A stretch of DNA of 64,000 nucleotides from Macrostomum hystrix (Eukaryota > Animalia > Platyhelminthes): the NCBI GenBank assembly GCA_950097015.1, contig CATNEN010000029.1, positions 6,820,001-6,884,000 of the forward strand, read 5' to 3'. How positions within the stretch are numbered: the first letter of the stretch is position 1; every line of letters begins with the position of its first letter. Of this stretch, positions 27,355-40,000 are shown piece by piece. The position numbers and the translations under genes were made by a program. Under the pieces are notes generated by a model. The model was given only the letters and a program-made list of their open reading frames with translations, did no database searches and was not told where the DNA came from.

Positions 27355-28345
27355 CACCGAATGAAGGATTGAAGATAATGACAGCTGAAGCACTGAATGA
27401 AGGATTGAAGATAATGACAGCTGAAGCACTGAATGAAGGATTGAAGATAATGACAGCTGAAGCACTGAATGAAGGAAGGATTGAAGATAATGACAGCTGA
27501 AGCACTGAATGAATGAAGGATTGAAGATAATGACAGCTGAAGCACTGAATGAAGGATTGAAGATAATGACAGCTGAAGCACTGAATGAAGGAAGGATTGA
27601 AGATAATGACAGCTGAAGCACTGAATGAATGAAGGATTGAAGATAATGACAGCTGAAGCACTGAATGAAGGATTGAAGATAATGACAGCTGAAGCACTGA
27701 ATGAAGGATTGAAGATAATGACAGCTGAAGCACTGAATGAAGGATTGAAGATAATGACAGCTGAAGCACTGAATGAAGGATTGAAGATAATGACAGCTGA
27801 AGCACTGAATGAAGGATTGAAGATAATGACAGCTGAAGCACTGAATGAAGGATTGAAGATAATGACAGCTGAAGCACTGAATGAAGGATTGAAGATAATG
27901 ACAGCTGAAGCACTGAATGAAGGATTGAAGATAATGACAGCTGAAGCACTGAATGAAGGATTGAAGATAATGACAGCTGAAGCACTGAAGGAAGGATTGA
28001 AGATAATGACAGCTGAAGCACTGAATGAAGGATTGAAGATAATGACAGCTGAAGCACTGAATGAAGGATTGAAGATAATGACAGCTGAAGCACTGAATGA
28101 AGGAAGGATCGAGGATAATGACAGCTGAAGCACTGAATGAAGGAAGGATCGAAGATAATGACAGCTGAAGCACTGAATGAAGGAAGGATCGAAGATAATG
28201 ACATCTGAAGCACTGAATGAAGGATTGAAGATAATGACAGCTGAAGCACTGAATGAAGGATTGAAGATAATGACAGCTGAAGCACTGAATGAAGGAAGGA
28301 TCGAAGATAATGACAGCTGAAGCACTGAATGAAGGATTGAAGATG
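27355..28345. repeat. 36-bp minisatellite (GAAGGATTGAAGATAATGACAGCTGAAGCACTGAAT)n with 40-bp variants, upstream of the WDR5 ATG
   Basis: About 27 copies by direct reading. Confidence 0.95.
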
Positions 28346-28674
28346 TCAGACGTAAAATTTTGCTAATCAAAAACAGAAGTAAAGAAACAGGGAGGCAACG
28401 TTAAATTGCAAAGAATGAAACTAGCGAAACGTTGTATGTTTATATATTGAAACGGATCGCATTCTCGCCTAACTAATGAATGCAAGTGGCTTCATCGTAA
28501 AAAGCAGAAATCCAGATAAAAATGAAAGCGGCAAATCTCCACAGTGACTTTAGCTTTAGAAAAGGAAGTTTTTTAACTTATAACTAACAAACACGATACG
28601 AATTTTTACTCTTTAATGCGCGTGGTAGATAGATATTGTCCCTATCTACCTTCAATCAAATAGATGAAAATGTA

Positions 28675-29072
28675 CTAGTCTAGAATCCCAATCTACTCGA
28701 CTAGAATCCTAATCTACTAGACAAGAATCCCAATCTACTAGTCAAGAATCCCAATCTACTAGACAAGAATCCCAATCTACTAGACAAGAATCCCAATCTA
28801 CTAGTCAAGAATCCCAATCTACTAGACAAGAATCCCAATCTACTAGACAAGAATCCCAATCTACTAGACTAGAATCCAAATCTACTAGTCAAGAATCCTA
28901 ATCTTCTAGACTAGAATCCCAATCTACTAGACAAGAATCCAAATCTACTAGTCAAGAATCCCAATCTACTAGACAAGAATCCCAATCTACTAGACAAGAA
29001 TCCCAATCTACTAGTCAAGAATCCCAATCTTCTAGACTAGAATCCCAATCTACTAGACAAGAATTCTAATCT
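28675..29072. repeat. 21-bp minisatellite (AGAATCCCAATCTACTAGACA)n
   Basis: About 19 copies between ICT1-like and WDR5. Confidence 0.93.
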
Positions 29073-29188
29073 ACACAACGTGAATCTGAATGATTCCCGC
29101 AGTCAACTGCAATCCATTTAAGAACTAATTATCAGAATCAACTGCACAGATCAGACAAAAATTGACTGATCTGTAGATCTTTTACAAA

Positions 29189-29674
29189 TCATTTTTCAAC
29201 ATGATTGAGAATTCTTAGCCGGCTAAAGCTAAGATTGCCGCCATTGAAGGGCTTAGTCAAGGCAGTCTCTCGATCTAGCGCAGGCAGCTGTCTAGACTCT
29301 AATTTCAGAGCCTGTGCGCTAGTAATGGAAGCAGGCGGTGCCTCGGCCTGTCGTATGCACTCCCGAATGGTCTCCATGCAATCCGCCCGATTCAACAATC
29401 GCTTCTTAGTCCGCTCTGAGGCAACGACAAAGTCGCCGCGGCGGTCAATCCTGTCAGAGAACAGCTGGGACAAGCGCGACTTCAACTGCGGCGGCACAAA
29501 GCTGGCGCCGGCCAGGTTGAACCGGATCTCCACGCGCGCCGACGATGAGCCGTCTAAGCCGACGCCTTCGCTGATGCGCAGCTCATCGATTGGGATTCGG
29601 CCGCTGAATGCCGAGGCGGAAGAATAGGAGCGCCGAAGTAGTTGCGAGCCGGTGGAGTGCAACAGGCGCAACAT
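29189..29674 (-). CDS. MRPL58: ICT1/MRPL58 (mL62)-like mitochondrial protein lacking the GGQ motif; intronless CDS
   Basis: N-terminus resembles a mitochondrial presequence (MLRLLHSTGSQLLRRSYS). The segment IPIDELRIS..VEIRFNLAGASFVP..DRIDRRGDFVVASERTKKRLLNRADCMETIRECI aligns by eye to ICT1 [55 protein letters not shown]. Confidence 0.8.
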   Translation of the reverse strand: MLRLLHSTGSQLLRRSYSSASAFSGRIPIDELRISEGVGLDGSSSARVEIRFNLAGASFVPPQLKSRLSQLFSDRIDRRGDFVVASERTKKRLLNRADCMETIRECIRQAEAPPASITSAQALKLESRQLPALDRETALTKPFNGGNLSFSRLRILNHVEK

Positions 29675-29751
29675 GCTGTGACTGCCGACTGCTGCAAGTT
29701 AGATTGCCGCCTACATTAACAAACTAAACGACAGGATGGCGCATATATACT

Positions 29752-30690
29752 TTTATGAACCCCTATCTACCTTCATGAACTCCTATCTACCTTCATGAAC
29801 TCCTATCTACCCTCATGAACCCCTATCTACTTTCATGAACCCCTATCTACATTCATGAACTCCTATCTACCTTCATGAACCCCTATCTACCTTCATGAAC
29901 TCCTATCTACCTTCATGAACCCCTATCTACTTTCATGAACCCCTATCTACATTCATGAACCCCAATCTACCTTCATGAACTCCTATCTACCTTCATGAAC
30001 CCCTATCTACCTTCATGAACCCCAATCTACTTTCATGAACCCCAATCTACCTTCATGAACTCCTATCTACCTTCATGAACCCCTATCTACATTCATGAAC
30101 CCCTATCTACCTTCATGAACTCCTATCTACCTTCATGAACCCCTATCTACCTTCATGAACTCCTATCTACCTTCATGAACCCCTATCTACCTTCATGAAC
30201 CCCAATCTACTTTCATGAACCCCAATCTACCTTCATGAACTCCTATCTACCTTCATGAACCCCTATCTACCTTCATGAACCCCTATCTTACGTTCATGAA
30301 CCCCAATCTACCTTCATGAACTCCTATCTACCTTCATGAACCCCTATCTACCTTCATGAACCCCTATCTTACGTTCATGAACCCCTATCTACCTTCATGA
30401 ACCCCAATCTACTTTCATGAACCCCAATCTACTTTCATGAACCCCAATCTACTTTCATGAACCCCTATCTACATTCATGAACCCCTATCTACCTTCATGA
30501 ACCCCTATCTTACGTTCATGAACCCCAATCTACCTTCATGAACTCCTATCTATCTTCATGAACCCCAATCTACCTTCATGAACCCCTATCTACCTTCATG
30601 AACCCCCATCTACATTCATGAACCCCAATCTACCTTCATGAACTCCTATCTACCTTCATGAACCCCAATCTACCTTCATGAACCCTAATA
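29752..30690. repeat. 20-bp minisatellite (CCCCTATCTACCTTCATGAA)n upstream of the ICT1-like ATG
   Basis: About 46 copies by direct reading. Confidence 0.95.
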
Positions 30691-31539
30691 TACTTCATTA
30701 GGAAAAAACGAAATTTTCCTCTTAATGGTTGGCAAAAAAGAGAAATGTGTAAAACGAAGCAGCAATAAAAATGTTCACTCAATTTCAGATGTATGAATCA
30801 TATATATTTCTTGCATGCAAAGTTTTAAATCAATCATATTTCAAACGCATCTTGTCACTGATGAAATCCAGGCAGGCAATACTACGATCTATAACAATTT
30901 CACAATTCAAATTGAGAACAGCAAAAAAGTAAAAAAAAACTTTATGCCAGTAAAATAGTAATTAATAAGTCTAATAATAACTAATGCCCCGAATCATAAA
31001 GCAGCATGAAACTGTATTAAAGCTACCGTCAAGATAATTATGATACTCTAAACATTGTACAATTCTATTAATAATAGACAATAGCGATTAATATTTCATT
31101 GATCACAGAACAATATCTACATAGTTGTTTTCAACATTATACAAGTAACTAGGATCTGAATTACACTATGCATAACTAAGTAGAGGAAATTTACCACAGT
31201 GCATTATTTATCTACCGATTCGAGGTAACTGATGCATGCAAGAAATTCAGTATAATATCTATACAAACAAACACTATAAATATATCATAATAACAGTCTT
31301 CAATCGATAAAAAAATCACTAATGTGATTGCTTTTTGTCTCGGAGATTGTGCAAGCGGATTCACCTTGAAGGTTAGATATTTAAAAAGATTATCAAACAA
31401 GACTATAAGACAGATTGGCAGTTAATACAGTTCATATGTATTACAACGATGCCAGATATGACAAACAAGAGCATGCTTTTTAAAAACATTAAGCTTGATG
31501 TTAAATGATGCCACCACGACCACAAGGACAGCAGGACAA

Positions 31540-33366
31540 GTGAGGTGTGAAGTGTGGGTTCCGTTGAAGGACCAGTGAGGTGTGAAGTGTGGGCTCCGTT
31601 AAAGGACATGGGAGGTGTGAAGTGTGGGCTCCGTTGAAGGACCAGGGAGGTGAGGAGTGTGGGCTCCATTTAAGGACCAGTGAGGTGTGAAGTGTGGACT
31701 CCGTTAAAGGACATGGGAGGTGTGAAGTGTGGACTCCGTTAAAGGACATGGGAGGTGTGAAGTGTGGACTCCGTTAAAGGACATGGGAGGTGTGAAGTGT
31801 GGGCTCCGTTGAAGGACCAGGGAGGTGAGGAGTGTGGGCTCCGTTAAAGGACATGGGAGGTGTGAAGTGTGGGCTCCGTTGAAGGACCAGGGAGGTGAGG
31901 AGTGTGGGCTCCGTTAAAGGACATGGGAGGTGTGAAGTGTGGGCTCCGTTGAAGGACCAGGGAGGTGAGGAGTGTGGGCTCCGTTGAAGGACCAGGGAGG
32001 TGAGGAGTGTGGGCTCCGTTAAAGGACATGGGAGGTGTGAAGTGTGGGCTCCGTTAAAGGACCAGGGAGGTGAGGAGTGTGGGCTCCGTTGAAGGACCAG
32101 GGAGGTGAGGAGTGTGGGCTCCGTTGAAGGACCAGGGAGGTGAGGAGTGTGGGCTCCGTTGAAGGACCAGGGAGGTGAGGAGTGTGGGCTCCGTTGAAGG
32201 ACCAGGGAGGTGAGGAGTGTGGGCTCCGTTAAAGGACATGGGAGGTGTGAAGTGTGGGCTCCGTTAAAGGACCAGGGAGGTGAGGAGTGTGGGCTCCGTT
32301 GAAGGACCAGGGAGGTGAGGAGTGTGGGCTCCGTTGAAGGACCAGGGAGGTGAGGAGTGTGGGCTCCGTTGAAGGACCAGGGAGGTGAGGAGTGTGGGCT
32401 CCGTTAAAGGACATGGGAGGTGTGAAGTGTGGGCTCCGTTAAAGGACATGGGAGGTGTGAAGTGTGGGCTCCGTTGAAGGACCAGGGAGGTGAGGAGTGT
32501 GGGCTCCATTTAAGGACCAGTGAGGTGTGAAGTGTGGACTCCGTTAAAGGACATGGGAGGTGTGAAGTGTGGACTCCGTTAAAGGACATGGGAGGTGTGA
32601 AGTGTGGGCTCCGTTGAAGGACCAGGGAGGTGAGGAGTGTGGGCTCCGTTAAAGGACATGGGAGGTGTGAAGTGTGGGCTCCGTTAAAGGACATGGGAGG
32701 TGTGAAGTGTGGGCTCCGTTGAAGGACCAGGGAGGTGAGGAGTGTGGGCTCCATTTAAGGACCAGTGAGGTGTGAAGTGTGGACTCCGTTAAAGGACATG
32801 GGAGGTGTGAAGTGTGGACTCCGTTAAAGGACATGGGAGGTGTGAAGTGTGGACTCCGTTAAAGGACATGGGAGGTGTGAAGTGTGGGCTCCGTTGAAGG
32901 ACCAGGGAGGTGAGGAGTGTGGGCTCCGTTAAAGGACATGGGAGGTGTGAAGTGTGGGCTCCGTTGAAGGACCAGGGAGGTGAGGAGTGTGGGCTCCGTT
33001 AAAGGACATGGGAGGTGTGAAGTGTGGGCTCCGTTGAAGGACCAGGGAGGTGAGGAGTGTGGGCTCCGTTGAAGGACCAGGGAGGTGAGGAGTGTGGGCT
33101 CCGTTAAAGGACATGGGAGGTGTGAAGTGTGGGCTCCGTTAAAGGACCAGGGAGGTGAGGAGTGTGGGCTCCGTTGAAGGACCAGGGAGGTGAGGAGTGT
33201 GGGCTCCGTTGAAGGACCAGGGAGGTGAGGAGTGTGGGCTCCGTTGAAGGACCAGGGAGGTGAGGAGTGTGGGCTCCGTTAAAGGACATGGGAGGTGTGA
33301 AGTGTGGGCTCCGTTGAAGGACCAGGGAGGTGAGGAGTGTGGGCTCCGTTGAAGGACCAGGGAGGT
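31540..33366. repeat. 35-bp minisatellite (GGAGGTG(T/A)G(A/G)AGTGTGGGCTCCGTT(G/A)AAGGAC(CA/AT)G)n with an internal 1085-bp duplication
   Basis: About 52 copies. Identical translated variant patterns occur at 31844-32029 and 32929-33114. Confidence 0.95.
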
Positions 33367-34016
33367 TTTAAGAAAAATGCGTGAGCATGAAAGTATCCTT
33401 AATTATTACGTAGTGTGCAAGATAAAAATATAACAGAAAAATATCCTGTTGCAGATCTTTTTTAAGGATTGTCTGTATACTGGCCATCAAAGCAGGACCG
33501 AAATTAATAAAAAAGGGCAAAAAGTACGGCCTACATGTTAAGACACCGCCTATAGCTAATAATATAGCAGAGAAGAGATTCACAGTACATAACGCAAAGT
33601 TAATAAAACGATTTTGACACAGTTTTTTGACGCACCTCAGCAAAAACATTTGAATACATCTAAGACATCATTTGTAAAAGCACAAATGGTGTAGAAAATT
33701 ATGTAAAAAAACAAACAAACAAACGTACAAACAAACAAGGTTTTCGAATAGTCCAGCAGTTTCATTGACATCAATAGAGTTAATAATATAGATTTATGCA
33801 CACAGTAAAAAATCATCAATAAAAAGAATTTATAGTACCTTGAACAGGTGGAGTAACACGATTTGTGACACAGTAATCTGGATATGAACGAGGCATGTCT
33901 AGATTATAAAGATTACAATTCGTTTTCAGCGAGCCTAAAACGACAGGAAAGTGTACAATAAAGTAACTTATTAAGCGTGATTGCATTTTCGAGGCATTAG
34001 TCGATTAAGTAGAGCT

Positions 34017-37000
34017 CTAAATCATAGTGTTCTTATAGGGAAGCTTATTTCCAGCCGCAGGAGGCCCACCTCGTCCGCCTCGAAGACTAAGCCTAGGCTG
34101 CTGCTGCTGCGGCTGCTGGCTAGAAGACACCGAGGATGACACCTGCCTGTAGACACGCCGAAATTCACCGCCTCCGCCGACGACAACTTGACTTCCAACA
34201 GGCTGGGAGGCCTGCGTAGACTTACCAGATACAGAAGCAGATTGATGATGGGACGGCGGTGAAGGAATATACTTTATTTGCTGCTGCTGCGAGCCGCCAG
34301 CAGTTGAGGCTGCTGCTGATGATGTCAAGCTGGATATGAAAGAAGAGATCAACTTTAAAATCACTAATATAGATGAGGTGAAAAATATATAATTGACACC
34401 TAGCCCATTTGTGCAGCCAATCGCACAGCCGCAGCTATTGTGCGACGCTATGAAAGGCTGTATACAGCCGTGGACTGGGGAAGAGGCCGCCACACACAAG
34501 AGATTTGTGTTGCTTGAGGATAAAAATAGTTACCATTTGGCTGGGATTAGATTTCCATTAGTCTATGAAGGGTAGCAGAAGCGGCACTCACTCCGTGGAT
34601 GAGGACACCGTACTGCCATCAGTGCTAGGCATCCGATCCCGATAGCCAACAGCTTCGGCGCCATCAGCAACAGCAGCAGCAGCATCGGCCGGCCCTGGCA
34701 AAGGCGGCCTATCGCAGTGTTCCTGGCTCTCCTTAACTAGTCTGGCCAGCTCCATCAGTACATATTTGCGACAATGAGCACCCTTCAACAGTTCGCTAAC
34801 TGGCCTCTCCCAGTCACTGGACCAGACCAGGTAGGCGCCGTGAAGGCCGGACTCCAGTAGGTTATCCTCGCTAATTGGCGCGCCCCAGAGTAGAAGCCAG
34901 CTGTACAGACACTGGGCAGACCAGTACAGCAACAGGTGGGAGGCAAATTTCTGTCGAATGTCCAGCAGGCGAGCCCAGTCCAGTCTGACGTAGCGCAACA
35001 GTGCAATGCCATACATTAGACTGCGCCGGTGCCTGTCAGAAATATCATTTTAGACTTTCGCTTTGTCTAAACTCGCGAAATCGAGTTATAAAAGAGATGT
35101 TGCAGCAGTAATTGGAGCAACTTTGAGCCGTTAGAGAAGGGTTTGGGTCGTTAGAGAAGGGCTTGAGTCGTTAGAGAAGGGTTTGAGTCGTTAGAGAAGG
35201 GTTTGAGTCGTTAGAGAAGGGCTTGAGTCGTTAGAGAAGGGTTTGAGTCGTTAGAGAAGGGTTTGGGTGGTTAGAGAAGGGTTTGAGTCGTTAGAGAAGG
35301 GTTTGAGTCGTTAGAGAAGGGTTTGGGTGGTTAGAGAAGGGTTTGGGTCGTTAGAGAAGGGCTTGAGTCGTTAGAGAAGGGTTTGAGTCGTTAGAGAAGG
35401 GTTTGGGTGGTTAGAGAAGGGCTTGAGTCGTTAGAGAAGGGTTTGAGTCGTTAGAGAAGGGCTTGAGTCGTTAGAGAAGGGTTTGAGTCGTTAGAGAAGG
35501 GTTTGAGTCGTTAGAGAAGGTTTTAAGTCGTTAGAGAAGGGTTTGAGTCGTTAGAGAAGGGTTTGGGTGGTTAGAGAAGGGTTTGAGTCGTTAGAGAAGG
35601 GTTTGGGTGGTTAGAGAAGGGTTTGAGTCGTTAGAGAAGGGTTTGGGTGGTTAGAGAAGGGTTTGAGTCGTTAGAGAAGGGTTTGGGTGGTTAGAGAATA
35701 TTCAACGATTCTCGTCGGGGTGTCTAGTGGCAAAATGAACAAATTTTGGCATTGTTTTTGTGCTCACTAAATGTCATCATGTAATCATGTCGGCTATCAT
35801 ATAAAAGCAGTAATTTAAACTTAGCAAGCCTCCCGCAATTTCAGATCGATAAAATTGTTAATTTCTTAATTTTTTTAACCAATATGGATTCGCCAAACAG
35901 GTTTATGTCAGCTGTCCTTGTCACCAGGACTCCGACAAGAACCGCTGAATATCTCGACGATGCATACTCAGACGGTGTTGTAAGTAATTTAATCGCAAAG
36001 GATGGAAAACTTTAATTCAGATAGTGGAGTTTCACAAATATCGGCCATTCAGTTTGGCAGCTATCGTGAATTAGGCAGTGGGTATTTTAAATACACCCTA
36101 TGATCTTTCCACAGGTGGGAGATAGCGTCGTTAGTCATTCTACTGTTAATGCCTTAGGAGAAAATACTATATCCGCTTGTCCCTGTTTAATCGAGACCGC
36201 ATTTGGATATTAGGGTCGTGTAGGTCGCCAGTATCGTTTAGTATTTTTTCAAGATGTATAAATGGCTTCATGGCTTTACCTTCGATGCCTAATAGCTAGG
36301 CAGTTGCCCTTTAGATCTGATTTATCTAGCGTCAATAGTAGACCGCAGTCAACCAGTTCCGAATGGAACTGACTAGAAAGATGACGCAAACCCAGCGACG
36401 GCAGAAGCTGGTCGGCCACCCAGGCAGCGTCCAGGCTGGGCGGCGGCTGTGGCGGTGAGTCGACGCTTGTCCTTAGCCGGTCGATGGCCAGGCGAAGCCG
36501 GCGACGATGCAGCGGCTCGCTGATTGAGAGCTCCCGCTGCATATCGGCGTCGGTTAGGCGGGCAAGAATGTCCCCGGATTTAACTGTGGCCTGCATTTTC
36601 AATTGAAGACAATTTGACATGTCTAGTCATGAATGGTGGACCAAGGATGGTGGACAGTGCCTGAATGATTGTGGACAGTGTCTGAAGGATGGTGGACAGT
36701 GCCTGAATGATTGTGGACAGTGTCTGAAGGATTGTTGACAGTGTCTGAAGGATTGTGGACAGTGTCTGAAGGATTGTGGACAGTGTCTGAAGGATTGTGG
36801 ACAGTGTCTGAAGGATGGTGGACAGTGTCTGAAGGATGGTGGACAGTGTCTGAAGGATCGTGGACAGTGTCTGAAGGATCGTGGACAGTGTCTGAAGGAT
36901 GGTGGACAGTGTCTGAAGGATTGAGGACTGTCTGAATGATTGTGGACAGTGTCTGAAGGATCGTGGACAGTGTCTGAAGGATGGTGGACAGTGTCTGAAG

Positions 37001-40000
37001 GATCGTGGACAGTGTCTGAAGGATGGTGGACAGTGTCTGAAGGATTGAGGACTGTCTGAATGATTGTGGACAGTGTCTGAAGGATCGTGGACAGTGTCTG
37101 AAGGATCGTGGACAGTGTCTGAAGGATGGTGGACAGTGTCTGAAGGATGGTGGACAGTGTCTGAAGGATGGTGGACAGTGTCTGAAGGATTGTGGACAGT
37201 GCCTGAAGGATGTCCACAGCAAGATTGCAGAATACTCGCCTGAAGTCGTTCCGCATAAGCGGCCAGGCCAACACCCGGGCTGGCTGCCCAGGCGGCCACG
37301 TGTTCCGCTCGCCAACGCGTGAGCGGCAGTGACACGGCCTCCCTTGCCAGCTGGTCCTGGCGGCTGCCCCCGCTAGACTTCTTCATTCTAGTTGAGGTGC
37401 GCAACAGTTTCTGACGGCCGAAGCTAACATCGGCCGAGTTCATCGATGTCGGCAAAGGAGCTTCGGGTGACACAGCGGAGGCGGCGGCAACAATGGGCGA
37501 CTCCAACGCGTCGCCGTAGTAGCCGATGTCAGTGCCGCCTAGACGGCGTCGTCGATCCGGACTGTCCTCGGACTGGGCAGAATGGGCAGAGTTGGTGTCA
37601 CCTCGGCCGCTGTCCGCAGCGCTAGCTACGCTGCCGCCAAGCAGTTGGCATTGAAGGCTACGATCGGCATCCTCGTCGGCGCCTGTTATCGCCTGTGTCT
37701 GGGTGGCGGCGCAGACGCACGGTCGCCGATCAGCCAGGGCGGCCCGAACACGCCGCTTCTGCTTGTCTAATTCGTGTTTTAACTTTGCAACCTTGTGTTA
37801 GAAAAATATGAGAAGGAAATAACTAGATTTGCTAGCATTGCTACTGCTTCAGTGAATGTCAGTAGTACTGCAGTCTCAGTACGCATTTTTCATATTTTTT
37901 AATTCTTAGCAGAAACTTTTCGACATTTTTCTGATTTGTATAGAGAAAATGGATTGGAAAAACCAATGTCTGCAGAAATGAGCATTACGTCATTAGATTA
38001 TGTTTATTAAATGGCGGGGCGTCAATAAAAGCCTACACAGTGCCAATTTTGAGCCGAATGCAAAGCACGCGCTTGCACAGCAAGTGTTTTAGCGGTATGA
38101 AGTCATAGTTTGGTAGAATACGAGCGTAAAAAGCTAATTTGAGTCCCCCTTGAGCTGGTTAAATTGCATCTTCAGTGAGTTTTTACAGAAAAAATAAATA
38201 TTATTACTTAATATAACAAGTAGCCCATTGGTTAAAGCAGGGGTCGGCAAACTCCGGCCCGCGGGCCGGCCCTCGAAGCTCCCAAATCCGGCCCGTTGCC
38301 CCTTATAGTATCTTGTCTCATCTCTCCCGTGTCTCATCTCTCCTGTGACTTATCTCTCCCGTGTCTCATCTCTCCCGTGTCTCATCTCTCCTGTGTCTTA
38401 TCTCTCCTGTCTCATCTCTCCCGTGTCTCATCTCTCCTGTGTCTTATCTCTCCCGTGTCTCATCTCTCCTGTGTCTCATCTCTGCCCTATCTCACATTTC
38501 TGTAATCAATGCGGCCCGCTGTCGTCTTTTACGTTTTCTCTTTGGCCCGCTAGCTAATAAGTTTGCCGACCCATTGGTTAGAGCGTCGGACTCATGACTT
38601 GAAGGTCGGGGGTTTGATTCTTGACATCAATGGACAACTGTACTCGGAATTTCTCAAGTTAACCTAACCCAGCTCTAAATGGGTATTGGCTGGGGTATTT
38701 GAGAGCGGGTGTGGCGCCCCCACACCATAGTCGATGGATCGGCTGCACATCTGGCCTAATTTTGTATTAATTTTATTCTTTACAGACTACTTAAAGTATG
38801 CAGTTAGAATATATAGATAGATAACAATTTAGCAGATAAATACAAACAATAACAAACCGTATGGTTACAAAGCTGCTTTCTAATATATAGTATTTATTTA
38901 TAATTTACTCACGGCTACGCGGCTCAGCAGTTGAAAGCAACTAACGGCAATAGATTTAGCGCATAGATTTTTAGATGAGATTAGAAAACTGGTTGAATAA
39001 ACCTGACACACACATAAATTAATAGGTGAAATATTAGATAGCTGTGATGATGTTATGCTATGCCAATTATTTGAGTTTCATTAAAATGACAAATAGCAAC
39101 ACAACTAGCTATGCAAAACGCTGGACTGGCAATTGTTAAAATGCAACTAACTTACCTCGATTTCAGACTGAAATGATGGCAATTTTGTAAATATTTTTTT
39201 AAGAATGAACATACATAGACTAGTAGTATTTCCTCAAGTCTATGGCCCCCACTTTTTAGGATTACGGAGTACTAATTAGGCCTTAATAGTGGCTCGAGGC
39301 TCAATAGTACATTAATACTAGGGGTGTTCCGGGTTCGGGGTCGGGTCGGGTTTTGGTACCGGGTTCGGGGGTAGGGGGTAGGGTGTTCGGGTTCGGGTTT
39401 CCGGGTCGGGTTTTGGCACCGGGCTCAGGGGTTTCCGGATTTTTCAATTTTATTTTAGTTTTACTTAATTAGTATTATGTGATAAAGCGTCTTTCAGAAT
39501 CGCGCCATTTCAAAAAAATTACCTCGTGAACTAAACTGGCGTACGCATAATGCACTGCACTAAGGAAGGACTTAATAATCGTGATCCAGTAATCATTCTA
39601 ATGTAAATATATCATTCTACGAATTTTCGGCCCTGCATTATAATATTCCATAGTGAAAGGAATGATCTATATATCTGAAGTCTAAACTGCATTATGTCTT
39701 ATGTCTTTAATTATGTTTTATTTTACCTAGCCAGCTAGTTAAGTAGGTAATCCCACATCCAGGGTAACAGAGAACTTGTAGACCTTTACTAAACAGAGCA
39801 AATCATATTAATGATTATCTATTCTCTATATAGCAGGTTCGTTTACTGTCATCCATTCATTAAAGCTTTTTAGCGGTTTATTTTTCTAGCATATAAGCTC
39901 TAGCCTTAGCCCTGCTTTTAGCCTTAGCTTATAATTTATGTATTAGGGGCTAGGGCTACACTGTTGCTGACTACTGACTAGCAGCATGTCTGAGACTATA

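Noticed and set aside
29205-29627. Antisense ORFs over real exons (also 26077-26382, 40630-40983, 57650-57895)
   Set aside because: Shadow ORFs of GC-rich coding sequence.
35900-35985. Plus-strand exon-like segment (AACAG|...|GTAAGT) within the SAM gene intron
   Set aside because: Short, with no partner exons or protein similarity.
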